A stretch of DNA of 64,000 nt. It comes from the human T2T-CHM13v2.0 reference genome, Homo sapiens. This document shows positions 1 to 19,844 of this stretch, piece after piece. Position numbers and translations under genes: made by a program. The stretch is taken from assembly GCF_009914755.1 (NCBI RefSeq), contig NC_060934.1. One strand, given 5' to 3'. The stretch's first letter is position 1. Each line of letters starts with the position of its first letter. The notes under the pieces were generated by a model. It worked only from the letters and a program-made list of their open reading frames with translations. It searched no databases and had not been told where the DNA came from.

Positions 1-58
1 TGCCCACATTGGCTTCCCAAAGTGCTGGGATTATAGACATGAGCTACCACACCCAGCC
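1..58 (-). mobile_element. Alu fragment cut by the window edge
   Basis: cccaaagtgctgggattatagacatgagctaccacacccagcc. Confidence 0.85.
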
Positions 59-224
59 TGTATGGCTGTTGTGAATAATATGCTGTTATGAACATGGGCA
101 CACTAAACACCATTCAACTTAAAAAAATAATCAAAGCCTTAAGAACTGAACCAAAATGGCTTAGGTGAAAATAAAATACCAAACTCTGCTCTAAGAAAAG
201 GAAAGAGCATTCACTGAATTATAC

Positions 225-277
225 CTTCAGCAATAAGCACTTAATGGAACTTGTTTCATTTAAAATGCACCACAATC
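225..277 (-). other. Candidate small exon (53 bp) of a downstream/read-through transcript
   Basis: Acceptor caatttacag|GAT, donor GAAG|gtataa; product not recognised. Confidence 0.2.
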
Positions 278-310
278 CTGTAAATTGATAATCATACCGC
301 AATTTTATAG

Positions 311-679
<369 letters not shown>

Positions 680-2015
680 TAACATTTCTGTTTTAAATAG
701 CTTAATTAACTACACATGTTCTATATTCTTGCCTCTGAAAGGCAGCTTTTTTTGTTGGGTTGGTTTATTATGCATCAGACACTTGATTTGCTGAGGAATT
801 CTGTTTTTCAGTAATTCATCCACCACAAATATCACGTAGCATTTTGACTCCACAGACCTAAGAGTCTTAAGTCTTAAAAGGACTGTAAAATCTAAGTTTT
901 TCTGAGATATCTGAGAGTAAGAGGCTTTTTTCTATTGAAAATAGGTTGCATTTCAAACTTTATCTGTAAGAGCTCACAACACTTTCTCCAACATGCATGC
1001 CCATGTGATCACTTAAACAGAACTCTGAGTGAGACAGTAAATACCTCATATGCCCTTGAAAATTTTACCTTGGCATAGAAAAACCTTGTTAAGAACCTAA
1101 AAATAATTTCACTTTGAAAGTCTTTAGGGTTAGACAAATGTTAAACTTCAATTGGCAGTACAAGGGCAGCACTCAAGCCAGCAAGAGTTTTGTTGGGCCA
1201 AATTATGTTGAAAAAGATCAAATATTTTAAAAACAGGAGATTTCACATAAAAATCTGGGATTCCAGCTTCTTCTGAATAAATGAGGTACACTAATTATGC
1301 AGAGTGGCAAATGGCTGGAGTTGAGTGGGAGGTGTTTCTAGCCCAACAGATAGGCATGGAAGCTCCAGCTCAGCCCCCTCCACTCCATTTTCTTACACAA
1401 GGGAAGCCACTATGGTATAGCATCTAACTTAAGGCATATTATATGTATTCTTAAGACAGAGGAAAAGGCTGAATATTTGATATTGTCAAAAGAAATGAGA
1501 GTCTAACTTTCTGTGGCAAGGACCTTCTTGCAGTAGTCACATAACATAGTCTGGAACACCTCCAACATAAATTATGAAAAGAAAGCTCTTGGCTCAGAAG
1601 AGAAAAAGCAAAAAAGAATACTCATTAATTCTATGTCACAGGACAAATAGATTTCAATTTCCATTGCAATTGTAGAAGAGGTAAATAATCTGCTGACCCA
1701 GAATTCCAACAGGGACTCACACTTCCTGTCTTAATAACTCGAAACACTGAAATCACTCTAACAAAGGCAAATCAATGTCTTATTAATTTCTGGTTAAAAA
1801 ATAGACCCAAGAAGACAGGGCACAGACATAAATTTTGTGTGGTGGGAATACGAATATAACTTCAACGTCCAGATTCATGGATTTGGAAATGACCTTGGGC
1901 ACTCTAAGTATAGCACCACTGAAGTTTACATTTAGGGAATGGCTAATCCCTGCTGATCTAAACTATTTCCAATCCCCAATGTACTCTTTAAATACAGAAA
2001 TTTAAAAAAAGAGGG

Positions 2016-2294
2016 GGCCGGGCGCGGTGGTTCACACCTGTAATCCCAATACTTGGGAGGCCAAGGCAGGGTGGATCGCTTGAGCTCAGGAGTTTGAGAC
2101 TAGCCTGGGCACCATGGTGAAACCCCGTCTCTACAAAAAACACAAAAAAATTAGCCAGGCATGGTGGCGTGTGCCTGTAGTCCTAGCATCTTGGGAGGCT
2201 GAGATGGGAGCATCACTTGAACCCAGGAAGCAGAGGTGGCAGTGAGCCATGATCACACCACTGTACTCTAGTCTGAGACCCTGTCAAAAAAAAA
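2016..2294 (+). mobile_element. Alu (old, AluJ-like)
   Basis: ggccgggcgcggtgg start, dimer, A tail. Confidence 0.9.
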
Positions 2295-2371
2295 GGAAGG
2301 GCTCAACATAGTAGGTACAGAGCTATTTTAATAGAAAGATCATGAGGGAAAAACTAGCAGCTGTCAGATAG

Positions 2372-6098
<3,727 letters not shown>

Positions 6099-6492
6099 GT
6101 GATGGTAGATGCTCACACTGGCAAACGTTAGCAAGTACTAGAAGGGTCATTTGGCAGTAGTCATTCACGTTTTAAGCATGCAGATAATTTGCTCAAATAA
6201 CTTAATTTTTAGCAATTTATCCTACAACTAAAATGTATGTGCAAAACTGTATGTACGACAGTGTTTAAGAGAAGGCCTCAAAGAAAAGGTGGTATCTGAA
6301 CAAAGATGGACAGATGATGCAGCATTTGAGGTAGGTATCTGGAAGGATTGTTCTAGGAAATGGTAACAGCAAGAATAAAGGCCCTGAAGTGGGAGTTAAA
6401 AGACAATGGGAATAGGAGTAGAATCTGGAGTCATCAAAGTGGCAAGGGAGCAAATTACAGAGAAGATAGAGCCACTTTAAAGAATCTGGCTT

Positions 6493-6829
<337 letters not shown>

Positions 6830-7104
6830 CTAAATATCAGCACTTTCATTTAATCATAAGCCTCAAAGTGTTTATAAAACTTCTAAAGAGTTAAGTTTCA
6901 TAATTCTCCTAACGAGAGTCTACACATACTGAGATGTTAATGCAGGGTTTAGAAACTGTCAAAAACTTTCATAAGACCCTCAAAGAGATCTAGGACAATT
7001 CCTCCCACCCACAGAAAAGCAATCACCCAAACAACTGAGAATCAGTGGCAAAAAAACTCTCCTAAAAGGACACAGTACTATGGGGAGTCAAAAACAATTC
7101 AGAC

Positions 7105-7402
7105 AGCTGGGCACAGTGGCTCATGCCTGTAATCCAGTAACTCAGGAGGCTGAGGTGGGAGGATTGCTTGAGGCCAGCCTGGGTAACATAGCAAGACCCC
7201 ATTGCTAAACAAAAAAAGAAACAATGAAAAAAATTAGCTGGGTGTGGTGGCATGCACCTGTAGTCTGAACCACTGGGCAGGCTGAGGTGAGAGGATCCTT
7301 TGAGCCCAGGAGTTCAAGGCTGTAGTGAGCCATGATGGCACCATTGCACTTTAGCCTGGGTGACAGAGCAAGACCCCAACTCAAAAAAAAAAAAAAAAAA
7401 AA
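7105..7402 (+). mobile_element. Alu (AluJ-like)
   Basis: Diverged dimer with A tail. Confidence 0.88.
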
Positions 7403-7591
7403 CAAGGGAAACATTTTAGTGAGTTTAGTCTTGCCTGGAAGAGACAAGTAAGGGACAGATGGGGGCAGTGGTGAGGGAGCCCAGGACAGCTAGCTGCTAT
7501 GCTATTCAAAGTCACATATATTGCTTCCACAATATAACAAAACAGAGAAAGAAACCACCAAACAGCAAACCGTCTTCTAGTGATCCCATCA

Positions 7592-7905
<314 letters not shown>

Positions 7906-8654
7906 GACCCAATCATCTTTCACTTCAACCTTTTCCTCACCATCTCTTCAACTAATACTTTTCCTGGACCATTTTGACTTTAGGCTTCTACCTCCAATCT
8001 ATTTTATCTACCCACTACTTCTAACTTAATCTTCCTCAGAGATAATTCTAATACTCTGTCCAAAAACCTTTGATGACATGCTGCCTTTCTATGTAATTTT
8101 AAGCTTCTTACCTTAGCTTTCCATGCCATAAGCCTAAACTATCTTCCCAGACTTTTCTCCCACACCTTCCTTATATGTATCATATAATCAAACAGATACA
8201 TCAGAAAATTCAGTCCATCCTTAAGGTCTGGCTCAACTGTTATTTATTACTTCTTTCCCTTTTCTAGAAATTTTCCTGATTTCTCTGTCCTGGAGGTAAT
8301 TTGGTTTGGTGAGAAAGACAACGGGCTTTGGACTCAGACTAGAGTTTGATGCACTAGACCGTGACAGAGCTGTGTGAGCATGTGGAGGTAATTTAACTTG
8401 TCTGAATTTTAGTTTCTTTGTCTATAAAACAAGGGAGTACCAGTCTACTACCTTCAGAGAATGGTAAATGAGCTGACCTATATAAAGGATGTGACCTCCT
8501 TTCTACTTTAAGCGTATTTTGTACAATTTTTAGCGGAGTTAACACAGCTTTCCTCTTGGAAGTCAACAGACAATATGTAAGACTGAAAAGTCAAGAAAAA
8601 TCAAGATAATAATATTATTTAAAAACATGAAAATAAAAAATAATGAATTAAAGC

Positions 8655-8950
8655 AGCCTAGGCATGGTAGCTCACATCTGCAATCCTAGCACTTTGGGAG
8701 GCTGAGGCAGGATGACTGCTTGAGCCCAGGAGTTCAAGACCAGCCTGGGCAACATAGTGAGACCCCATCTCCAAAAAAGAAAAAAAAAAAAAATAATTAG
8801 CTGGGTGTGGAGGCGTGTGCCTGTAGTCCCAGCTACTCAGGAGGCTGAGATGGATCACCTGAGCCCAGGAGGTCAAGGCTACAGTGAGCCTTGATTGTGC
8901 CACTGCACTCCAGCCTGGATGACAGAGTGAGACTCTGTCTTAAAAAAAAA
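8655..8950 (+). mobile_element. Alu (AluJ-like)
   Basis: Dimer with A tail. Confidence 0.9.
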
Positions 8951-8960
8951 ATTAAAATAA

Positions 8961-9088
8961 GCTGGGAGTGGTGGCTCACGCCTGTAATCCTAGCACTTGG
9001 GAGGCTGAGGAGGGTGGATCACCTGAGGTCAGGAGTTTGAGACCAGCCTGACCAATATGGTGAAACCCCGTCTCTACTAAAAATACAA
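8961..9088 (+). mobile_element. Alu left arm only, abruptly truncated in the A-rich linker
   Basis: Ends at tctctactaaaaatacaa, then non-Alu sequence. Confidence 0.88.
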
Positions 9089-9422
9089 GATTATTTTTAG
9101 TACAAGATCTTCTTAGGATTATTTCCTGGACAGTATATAGTGATGTTACAACCCCAGTGATTTAAAGCAGATCTCTCAAAGCAAAGGAGGAATGAGCTTT
9201 TGTCAGGATGCTAGTGGCATGTCCTTAGTATTAGAGGAAAACAAAGAACTAGATTCCTTTTGTTTGCCCCCAAATCCTTTAACCTCTGAGACTTACTATA
9301 AATGATTTACCTGTTTACACTATGTCATTGTGTTCTCTCTGGGTAAGGCTCTTAAGGCCTTCCACCCAACTGAATCAGGCCCACCCAGATTATCGCTTAC
9401 TTAATGCAAATTGTATTGAATG

Positions 9423-9722
<300 letters not shown>

Positions 9723-10547
9723 TTATTGAATGCAATAAGATTAACTCCTTTACTTGTAGACTTTGATCACATCTATAAAATACTTTCACAGCAATACCCG
9801 AATTAGTGTTTGACAGAATAACTGGGGGCTGTAGCCTAGCTAAGTTGACATTAAAAAAAAAAAAAGACTATCACAAAACTAAAGGTGGAAACAATCCAAC
9901 TATTGATAAAAAATTAACAAAACATTTGCCACGATCACACAAAGGAATACTCCTTAGTAATAAAAGGGATAGAACCACTGACACATTAAAAAACATAGAT
10001 AGATCTCACATTACGCTAAGCAAAAGCAGCAAGATACAGAAGTGTGTATGACATATATTTACATGACATTCTAAAAAAAAGAAAAAAGTAATTTATAATG
10101 AAAAGAATAAAAATTATGGTTGTTTCTGGGGTTGGGGACTGACCAGAAAAGGGCTCAAGGGAATTTTCTGAGGTGATAGACATGGTTTTTTTTTATGTCT
10201 TGATAGGGGTGTGGGATATAAAAGCATATCAATTTGCCAAAACTCACCATATTATCCACTTAACATTGTATACTTCAATGTGTGTAAATTTTACTTCAAA
10301 AATAAAAGAACTGTAAACAAGTAATGAACTCTATTTAACAGGTTTACTTTTTGCAGTGGCATGGTTTAGAAGTTCTGAAATCACCTTTTGTATATATTAG
10401 GCTTAAACAAATGAGAAAAATTGAAGATATTGGGAACCACATTCTTCATTGTTGGAGAAGAGAGTTCCAATTATGGAAAGGGGGAAAGACTATAATATAG
10501 GCTGTGATGCTGGTTAAGAATGGGAGGTATCAATATAAATTCACAGT

Positions 10548-10553
<6 letters not shown>

Positions 10554-10584
<31 letters not shown>
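10554..10584. repeat. (TG)n microsatellite
   Basis: About 15 TG units. Confidence 0.95.
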
Positions 10585-10586
<2 letters not shown>

Positions 10587-11715
10587 CATATATGTTCTAG
10601 TTCAAATCTTGGCTTCCAAAACTAACTAAAATCCAGGACCACCTGCAGAAATGGCTGATTCCAGAGCTGGTGCAGGGAATATACAAGATGAGCCTACAAC
10701 ATCTTTTTGTGCTAAAAAGATGGAGATGCTCAAAGAAGAAAGTGCATTAAAGAATGATGGGCACATGTCAAAGGCACACAATAGTTAACTTGAAGGCATT
10801 CCCACTGATGGAATATGGGACAATTTAGCACCAAACAGAAAATAGCAATGGATCATAATCCACTGAATACAATAAGAATGCAAGTGTCTATACTTGCATA
10901 TATATTAATAAATAATAAATATTAATAAATAAGTATACACAAATAAGGAAAAAGGGAAAATTCTTCCTTATAGTAGAATGCCAACTACTAAATGTAGAAA
11001 GAATGGGAGTTTAAAAAATTAGCAATGACTGCTAAAATTAGTAGGTGAAGGTTTGATGAGGACAAGATGTTTACAGTTTCAAAGTATATAAAATATATAG
11101 CGATACATTAATTACAGAATGAAAAAGTATAACCTGACAGTGGAGGAACCTGGTCAACCCAACTTAACCAAGTCATTACACTGGTGTCACAAATATTGGG
11201 ACAAAGTGCTATCACATGTCTCCTCAAAAGATATACTAAATAGAACACAGTATCACTTCAGTGGGATTCCTACCGAAATGAATAACCTGAACCTAATTAG
11301 GAAGAAGCAGTGGGCAAACACAAGAAGGACAATCTACAAAATAACTAGCCTATCCACTTTAGAAATATCAAAGTGAACAAACACAAGGAAAAGCTGAGAA
11401 ATGGTTCCAGTTTAAAGAATACCAAGGTATGAGCCTGGACTAATTGAAGACTGGAAAGAAAGCTACAAAGGTCATAATTGGAATAACAAAATTATATTAT
11501 AATATAGATTAACTAACAGTACTGTATCAAATTAAATTTCCTGATTTTGATAACTAACTGTGCTGTGCTGATGTAAGACAATGTCCTAGTTCTTAGGAAA
11601 TATACAACAAAGTATTTAGGGATAAAAGGGCACAGTATCTCCAACATATTCCTAAACAATTCAAGAAAAGAAAATAGAGAAAATGATGAAGTAGATGGGA
11701 CAAAAATGTAAACTG

Positions 11716-11829
11716 GTGAATCTGAGTAAAGAGTATATGGAAATTCCATGTATTATTCTTACAACTTTTCTGTGAATCTGAGTAAAGAGTATATGGAAAT
11801 TCCATGTATTATACCTGCAACTTTTCTGT
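11716..11829. repeat. 56-bp tandem duplication
   Basis: gtgaatctgagtaaagagtatatggaaattccatgtattat...caacttttctg at 11716 and 11772. Confidence 0.9.
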
Positions 11830-11874
11830 AAGTCTGAAATTTCATATACATACACATAAAAACACGTAATATAA

Positions 11875-12203
<329 letters not shown>

Positions 12204-12525
12204 CTATGAAAATACTCTATTTTCATATATGATTAAAAATTTCCAGAATCAAAAGTTCCAAGATTTAAACTCAATAATAGAGTTTCCAGTCTATTATTTA
12301 ATATACTACTTCTAAAAATAATTTGTATTTTAATTATTAGACATTTATCTAGAATTTTGGACAAGATATTCATGCTAAAAATCAAGAAAATAACTAGAAA
12401 ATTTATGTTATTTCTTTTATGAAGCATTCCTTGACACCATAAGTAGGGTTGATTGTTCTTCCTCCATGCTCCCAAGGTATTTTGCACATAACATTGGTAG
12501 AGCACTTAGCATATTGAATTGTAAT

Positions 12526-13465
<940 letters not shown>

Positions 13466-13528
13466 AGAAATGGAATCTGACTCCCTCACTAGACTCTCAG
13501 CTCCTCAAGGGCAGGGATTATAAATTAT

Positions 13529-13835
13529 AGGCGGGGTGTGTTGGCTCATGCCTGTAAGCCCAGCACTTTGAGAGGCCGAGGCAGGAGGACTGCCTGAGCC
13601 CAGGAGTTTGAGACCAGCCTGGGCAACAGAATGAGACCTTGTCTCCACTGAAAATTAAAAAAAAAAGTTAGGTGGGTGCAGTGGTGTGAGCCTGCAGTTC
13701 CTGCTACTCAGGAGTTTGAGGTGGGAGGATCCCTTGAGCTCAGGAATTTGGGGTAACGGTGAGCTAGGATTGTGCCACTGTACCCTAGCCTGGGTGACAG
13801 AGATCCTGTGTCTAAAAAAAGAAAAAATAAATAAT
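13529..13835 (+). mobile_element. Alu (AluJ-like)
   Basis: Diverged dimer. Confidence 0.88.
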
Positions 13836-15041
13836 ATTTTTATCTACATTAGCATCTTGTAATGCAAGAATATAAAAGCAGTTGAGTAAGAACTTGCCGA
13901 ATAAACATAATAATTAATGAGCCAAAGAAATTTAACTGATGATTAAAACAATGAGTCCAGAAATAATCCGAAGGCACTACATAACTGACGCATACTAAAA
14001 ATTCACATCTACAATAAATGCATGGTATGGTAAAAAGAGCACTGCACTGAGATTAGGAAACGTGAGAAACTCAAAGTGGATCTTCACTAGCTAGGTGACC
14101 TTAGATAACCAAACCTCACTGGACATCATTCCATCATCTGAAATTCAGGGTTCTTAATAATTCTTATTTTGTTTACATCATAGAATTCCTTGGGAAACTA
14201 AATAAGACAAGTAAAAAATTCATTCAAACCCACAAAGCCATCAGTATTGGTGTCATTAGAAATAAATTTTTTAAGGGGGTAGAGAAACCACAGATACGTG
14301 ATTCTATTTACTCGAGGGTGAAAAGCAACCTGGTCTACTTGCCTGATAGGAACCAAGACAGCAAGGACTACTCCTTCTTTTCTGTTTTCTGCCTAGCGGT
14401 AGACAAGCCTCGTTTTTCCTGTTCATAAAAAGACAAACTGCCTATTCTGATCTGTTAACTCGGAAAACAAATACTTGTTCTGTCTTTTTAAAAGAAAGTG
14501 GCTGAAAAATATAACATATCAATTATCATGTTTCTACTTCATGTTAATATAGTTTCAGTGTTCTTCTCTGAGAGGAACAAGGTTAGATTTACTTCCTTCC
14601 CTCCTTCATGGGAAATAAAAAATACACATACAAACACTTTTGTACTAAACAAGTTAAACCCTGGGTTTTCTAAGTAGACACCTTTTAACATGCCAACTGT
14701 CTCCTTCGAAAAAAGTGAATGCCCTTAACTTGTTTAAAATTTAAATTAATGAACTATGATGAAAATATAAAGGTAAACTGGTAACAGCTACTGAGACAGA
14801 AGACTGAATGACCTTTGTGATAGCTCTCACTAGGGATGGGCCTTTAAGACTTCATAATCAAAGACCTTCACTTAAGGAAAAAACTAGAAGGAATCCATTA
14901 AAATCTTATGAGGAATTCATGACCTCTTCATGATTTTTTAGATTTAGTAGTAAGAAACATGGTTATTTTCCCTTATTAGGAATAAGAGTTTGTAACGATC
15001 ATGGGAAAAAACATTCGGAGATTAAAAAAAATTCTACTTAC

Positions 15042-15157
15042 CAATGGATTGTTCCCTTGGAAAGCAGGTTTATATAAACACCATTTTACCCAAATTTTAT
15101 TAGCATCACTCAAACAGTAGTGATTATGCAGTAAATAGAAAACTCTTGCTTTTAATT
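15042..15157 (-). other. Candidate cryptic exon (116 bp)
   Basis: Strong donor TTG|gtaagt, moderate acceptor tttttaataatcattag|AA; sequence signals only. Confidence 0.2.
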
Positions 15158-16347
15158 CTAATGATTATTAAAAACTTAGAAAAGACAAGCATAAAAACGT
15201 TTAATTTCCAAACATTTTTGGAAAACTCCAACTGAATTTGGACCTTTCCCAATGAGCTGGTGTCTTGACAGGCACCTCTAGTACTTTAACTCTAGAAGAT
15301 GTCACCAGTACTATAAGCAATGGTGTCTACTTGTTATCATTTCTATCAGCTCTGCTGACATTTGGAAAAGATGTAAAGATTTGTGATGTCTGGGATAATC
15401 TGATTCACTAGAGGCAGGTTTTACGTTAAATACAGGAATACTCTGCCCAGTAGGTTTCATGTCTAGGCACCTGGTTTATGTGCTCACCAAACAGAAGCAG
15501 AAAAACAACTCTCAGAAAACTTAACACCCTTTAGTATTGAAACTATTTTCTGGATGTTGTACAGAAACAAGTAAGAGAAGACAAAAAAAAAAGAAGAAAT
15601 GGGAAGATTGGAATTTTAACTCTTTCCCTCTATCTATACTTACTGAAAGGTTTTTAACTCATGGCTGCCCCAGGCAGGATCACAACAAACAGAGGGATAA
15701 CACTGTCTGTATAAAAGTATTTGCCTGTTTGCATGACCTGTTTCATATTCTTTTAAAATAATGATACCAACCAGATGTCCCACAATGATGATAAATTTAA
15801 TTTATTTCCAATTTCTCAAACTCTTCTACAGATTCAGGCAGCACAGTCACAGCCATTAGCTCACTGAGCTGGATGCATCATTGAAGGAACAGAATTGATC
15901 AGGCAGATAGATTGCAGTGCATGGCTAAGAGTCTCCTAAGGAGGGAGATGGCAGAAATCCAGACATCAAATAGATGATGAAATGGCCATTTCCATTAAGG
16001 TAACATCACATCACAGATATTAATTAGGAGGCACTATAATAAAGTTAAGTGGATGTGGGGGGAAAATGCTGAGTTAAAAGTCACCCCATATGTCCTTAGC
16101 CTGAGGTAATTACAGATCTGAAGGTGAGTCATGGATCTGCAATTTTCCATTCATTTTACAATAGCTGCAGGAACGTTTAGAGATTACGTAAAAGGAGATT
16201 AGAATCCTTTTTTAGACTGGGGACAAATTATCTTTAAAAAAAGAAAATATTCTTATGTTTTCCTTTTAACATTCCTGTTTTATTCCCAAGGAAAATGACA
16301 TCCTTTATTTACATTAACATTAATGGAGGATGACAATGTACTGACTA

Positions 16348-16663
16348 CTTTCTTCTTCTTCTTCTTCTTTTCTTTTTTTTGAGACGGAGTCTCACTCTGT
16401 CACTCAGGCTGGAGTGCAGTGGCACAATCCCGGCTCACTGTAACCTCTGCCTCCCACGTTCAAAAGATTCTCCCACCTCAGCCTCCTGAGTAGCTGGGAC
16501 TACGGGCACACACCACCATGCCTGGCTAATTTTTTGGATTTTTAGTAGAGATGGGGTTTCACCGTGTTAGCCAGGATGGTCTCAATCTCCTGACCTTGTG
16601 ATGCCCCCTGCCTCGGCCTCCCAAAGTGCTGGGATTACAGGGGTGAGCCACCTCGCCCAGCCC
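16348..16663 (-). mobile_element. Alu with (CTT)n-converted tail
   Basis: Antisense dimer, actactttct on both flanks. Confidence 0.9.
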
Positions 16664-16833
16664 AGTTCTTACTACTTTCTAGAGAAATTAAGCAAATGAA
16701 ACAAGTTAGCTTTAAGTTTAAATGCATTTTACCAAGTTTTTTATTTCAAGAATGTAAATTCATCTTAAAAACTGATGGGATATTTTGTTCTCAGTGTTCA
16801 ATCCAAATCTACCTTAAGAGCTAAAAAAAAAAA

Positions 16834-17130
<297 letters not shown>

Positions 17131-17689
17131 GAATAACAATCTTTTAAAGTATTATTTGATGTACGTAAATGATGAAGACAGCCATATTCCAAACCTGCAG
17201 AGCTTCCCTACAATAGTATGAGACCAATAGCCAAAGTGCTGGTTGCTCAACAATAGATTTATGCCAGTTTTTTTTGTTCTGTACTTCCTTGCAATCTTAT
17301 CTCCCCTAGTACCTTGCCCAATTATATACCTCCCACGTGCATCCATGATAACTAACAAATGCAGACAGATGGCCAAAATGTGAGTTGAGGAAGTGTTGAG
17401 TACAAAAGGAGTTTATCTTTCCATTTCAGTATAATTTGGATCATAATCTCAGAATTCTGAATGCAGTACTCCAAGTCACTAACTTCAAATGGCTGACTGA
17501 GGCTCTGTCCAGGAAAAAAATTCCTTTGCGGAAGTTCCAATCTTAATTTCCTACATAAACTCAGACAATTTACAATTTTTTATTTTTTGCCTTACTTCAC
17601 CAAAAAAGCAGAATCACAGGGATAAAAATTTACATAGGATGTCTAAATGATGTAGAATAACTCATTGAAAGCTCCTTTATCCACGGGTG

Positions 17690-19380
17690 CTTACAAAAGA
17701 TAAAAAGATATCAGTAAAAAATGGTGCAGTAAAAACCTCTGAAAACTCTCTCCTCCATGAAAGCAATGTGAACACTGTGATGAGCACTGTGAGAATCAAC
17801 TGAAAAGTAGCCAAAGGCTTGCAGCAATCCAGGGAGTGCTTATTCAAGAAAAACCAGCTGAATCTTGGTAAAAACAATAAACTTTGCAGTGTTTTATTTG
17901 CCTTATTCCCATCCCACTCTCCCAAGCTCCATCTCGGCCTTAAAAACTAACCTTCCTGAATCACAGTGAAAATCAGAAGCCATCAGAGGGGGCAAAAGAA
18001 AGCTGAAGCTCCTTCAAAGCCCAATTCTCAGAGAACTGTCATTATTTGACCTGTCTGGTGGTCCCCTGGAGGGCCCCGCTCAGAAGGCTGTCTTTACTTT
18101 ACAGGACTTGGAGCTTGGCCAGTAGGAAAAGCATAATTCTTTTGAGGGTTTGATGAAAACAATTACAGGGATTGTTTAACACTGAAACTTCTTGAGGTGG
18201 TGGCAAACAGCTGGGGCAAACAATAGGCTAACCAAAAGCTTCAAAGGAAAAACTGAAGAATGAGAATGTCCACAAAGGGCTTTGAAAAGTTCTAATATAT
18301 TAAAACAAGAAGGAATCTAGAGGGCTCATGCGTGCCCATGGCCATATGAATGCTCAGGAAAAACTAGAGAAAGCCCTCAGCTCTCTCCTCTGCCTGACCT
18401 TGACAGGAAGTGAAGGCTAAGGCAGAGGCATCAACTGCTTAGTGCAGTGTTGAAGGTAGGCTGCACCTGCACATACAGCCCTTCAACAAAGACTATTAGA
18501 CTTCGTTGAGACTTATTAGTTTCAGGCATCTAAGGAAATCTGTTCAAGCATTAGCTGACTACTAATCTAACAAGCAGGGACTTCACTGGCCACACACAGA
18601 AAGAACACAGACATCACAAAATTAGTTTAGAAAAGTCATTGAAAAAACAGCAAGAAGGATGAACTGTGATGAAAAGAGAAAATCTGATTTCCAGGGTCAC
18701 ATTACATTATTTTAAATGTCCAGTTTTAAATGAAAATTAGAAGACATGGAAAGAAATGAGAAAGTATGGCCCATACTCAAAAAAAAAGCAGTCAGTAGTA
18801 ACTGCCCCTGAGGAGCCCAGATGTTGGACTTAGTAGACAAAGAATTTACATCAGCTATTTAAAATATACTGAAACAACTAAAGAAAACTATGTCTAAAAA
18901 ACTAAAGTATAAGAATGATGCCTCTCAAATAGAGAATATTAATAAATAAAGGGATAGAAATTATAAAAAATAAACAGAAATTTGTAATTGAAAAGTACAA
19001 TAACTGAAATAAAAAATTCACCAGTGAGATTAAAAGCAGTTTAGAGCAAGCAGAAAAAACAACCAGTGAACTTGAAGACAGGGCAATTGAGACTGAGCCT
19101 CAGGAACAAGAAGAATAAAGAATGAAGAAAAATAAACAGAGCTTCTGAGACCTGTGGAACATCAAGTGAATCAACAAACACGTAATTTGGGAGTCCCAGA
19201 AGATGAGGAAAGGGGAAGAACAAACATTTGAAGAAATAATGGCCCAACATTTACCAAATATAACAAACATTAGAGAGGTTCAAAAAACTTCAAGTAGGAT
19301 AAAGTCAAAGAGATCTGCATGTAGACACACCATATTCAAACCATTGAAAGTCAAAGAGAATCTTAAAAGCAAAACATAAG
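17690..19380 (+). mobile_element. Old L1 5' region/ORF1 remnant
   Basis: L1 ORF1-like words (aaataaacagagcttctgagacctgtggaac...tttgaagaaataatggcc...ttcaagtaggataaa); boundaries approximate. Confidence 0.7.
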
Positions 19381-19745
19381 AAAATATACTCTTCTGAAGG
19401 TTGTCTACAAATCTATCTGAGGCACAGTGTGGCTTCAAGATTAGACTTTGGAGTCAGTTTTGTCATGTATGTCTTTGGAGGTAATGCGGTTGGGTACACA
19501 TTTTATATAACTCATGGGGAAGGTTTTTCTCCTATTATAATTTTTGGGAATAACAATAAACTAAATTCTACAACCCAGGTGAGTGTTTAGACCCCGAAAC
19601 TCATCTCCAAGCAGTAACAGATTCTAAGTGGAAATAAAAAATCCACTTTTTCAGGAAAAAAAAATAGTACCAGCAACTCATGGTGCATTAACGGCACTTA
19701 TGTGGGAATATTCTTTTACGTACTTGAATAAAAGACTCAACTTAC

Positions 19746-19844
19746 ATATGGTGCCTGATTAAGAGTTTCTTAAGAGATATGAGGTAATCATCATTTTTCT
19801 TGATAGCTTATTCAAAGAAAATACTGTTACATAGTGATCTCAGT
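19746..19844 (-). other. Candidate cryptic/non-coding exon (99 bp)
   Basis: Acceptor tttttttttgtttcttcag|ACTGAG and donor CATAT|gtaagt; stops in all three frames; sequence signals only. Confidence 0.4.

Larger units (their letters stand above)
9780..11870 (+). mobile_element. Old L1 (L1M-type) 3'-end fragments
   Basis: A-rich degenerate L1 3' words (tttgacag..., ggaatactc...aaaaggga, ggtgaatctgagtaaagagtatatgg...caacttttctgtaagtctgaaat); boundaries approximate. Confidence 0.65.
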
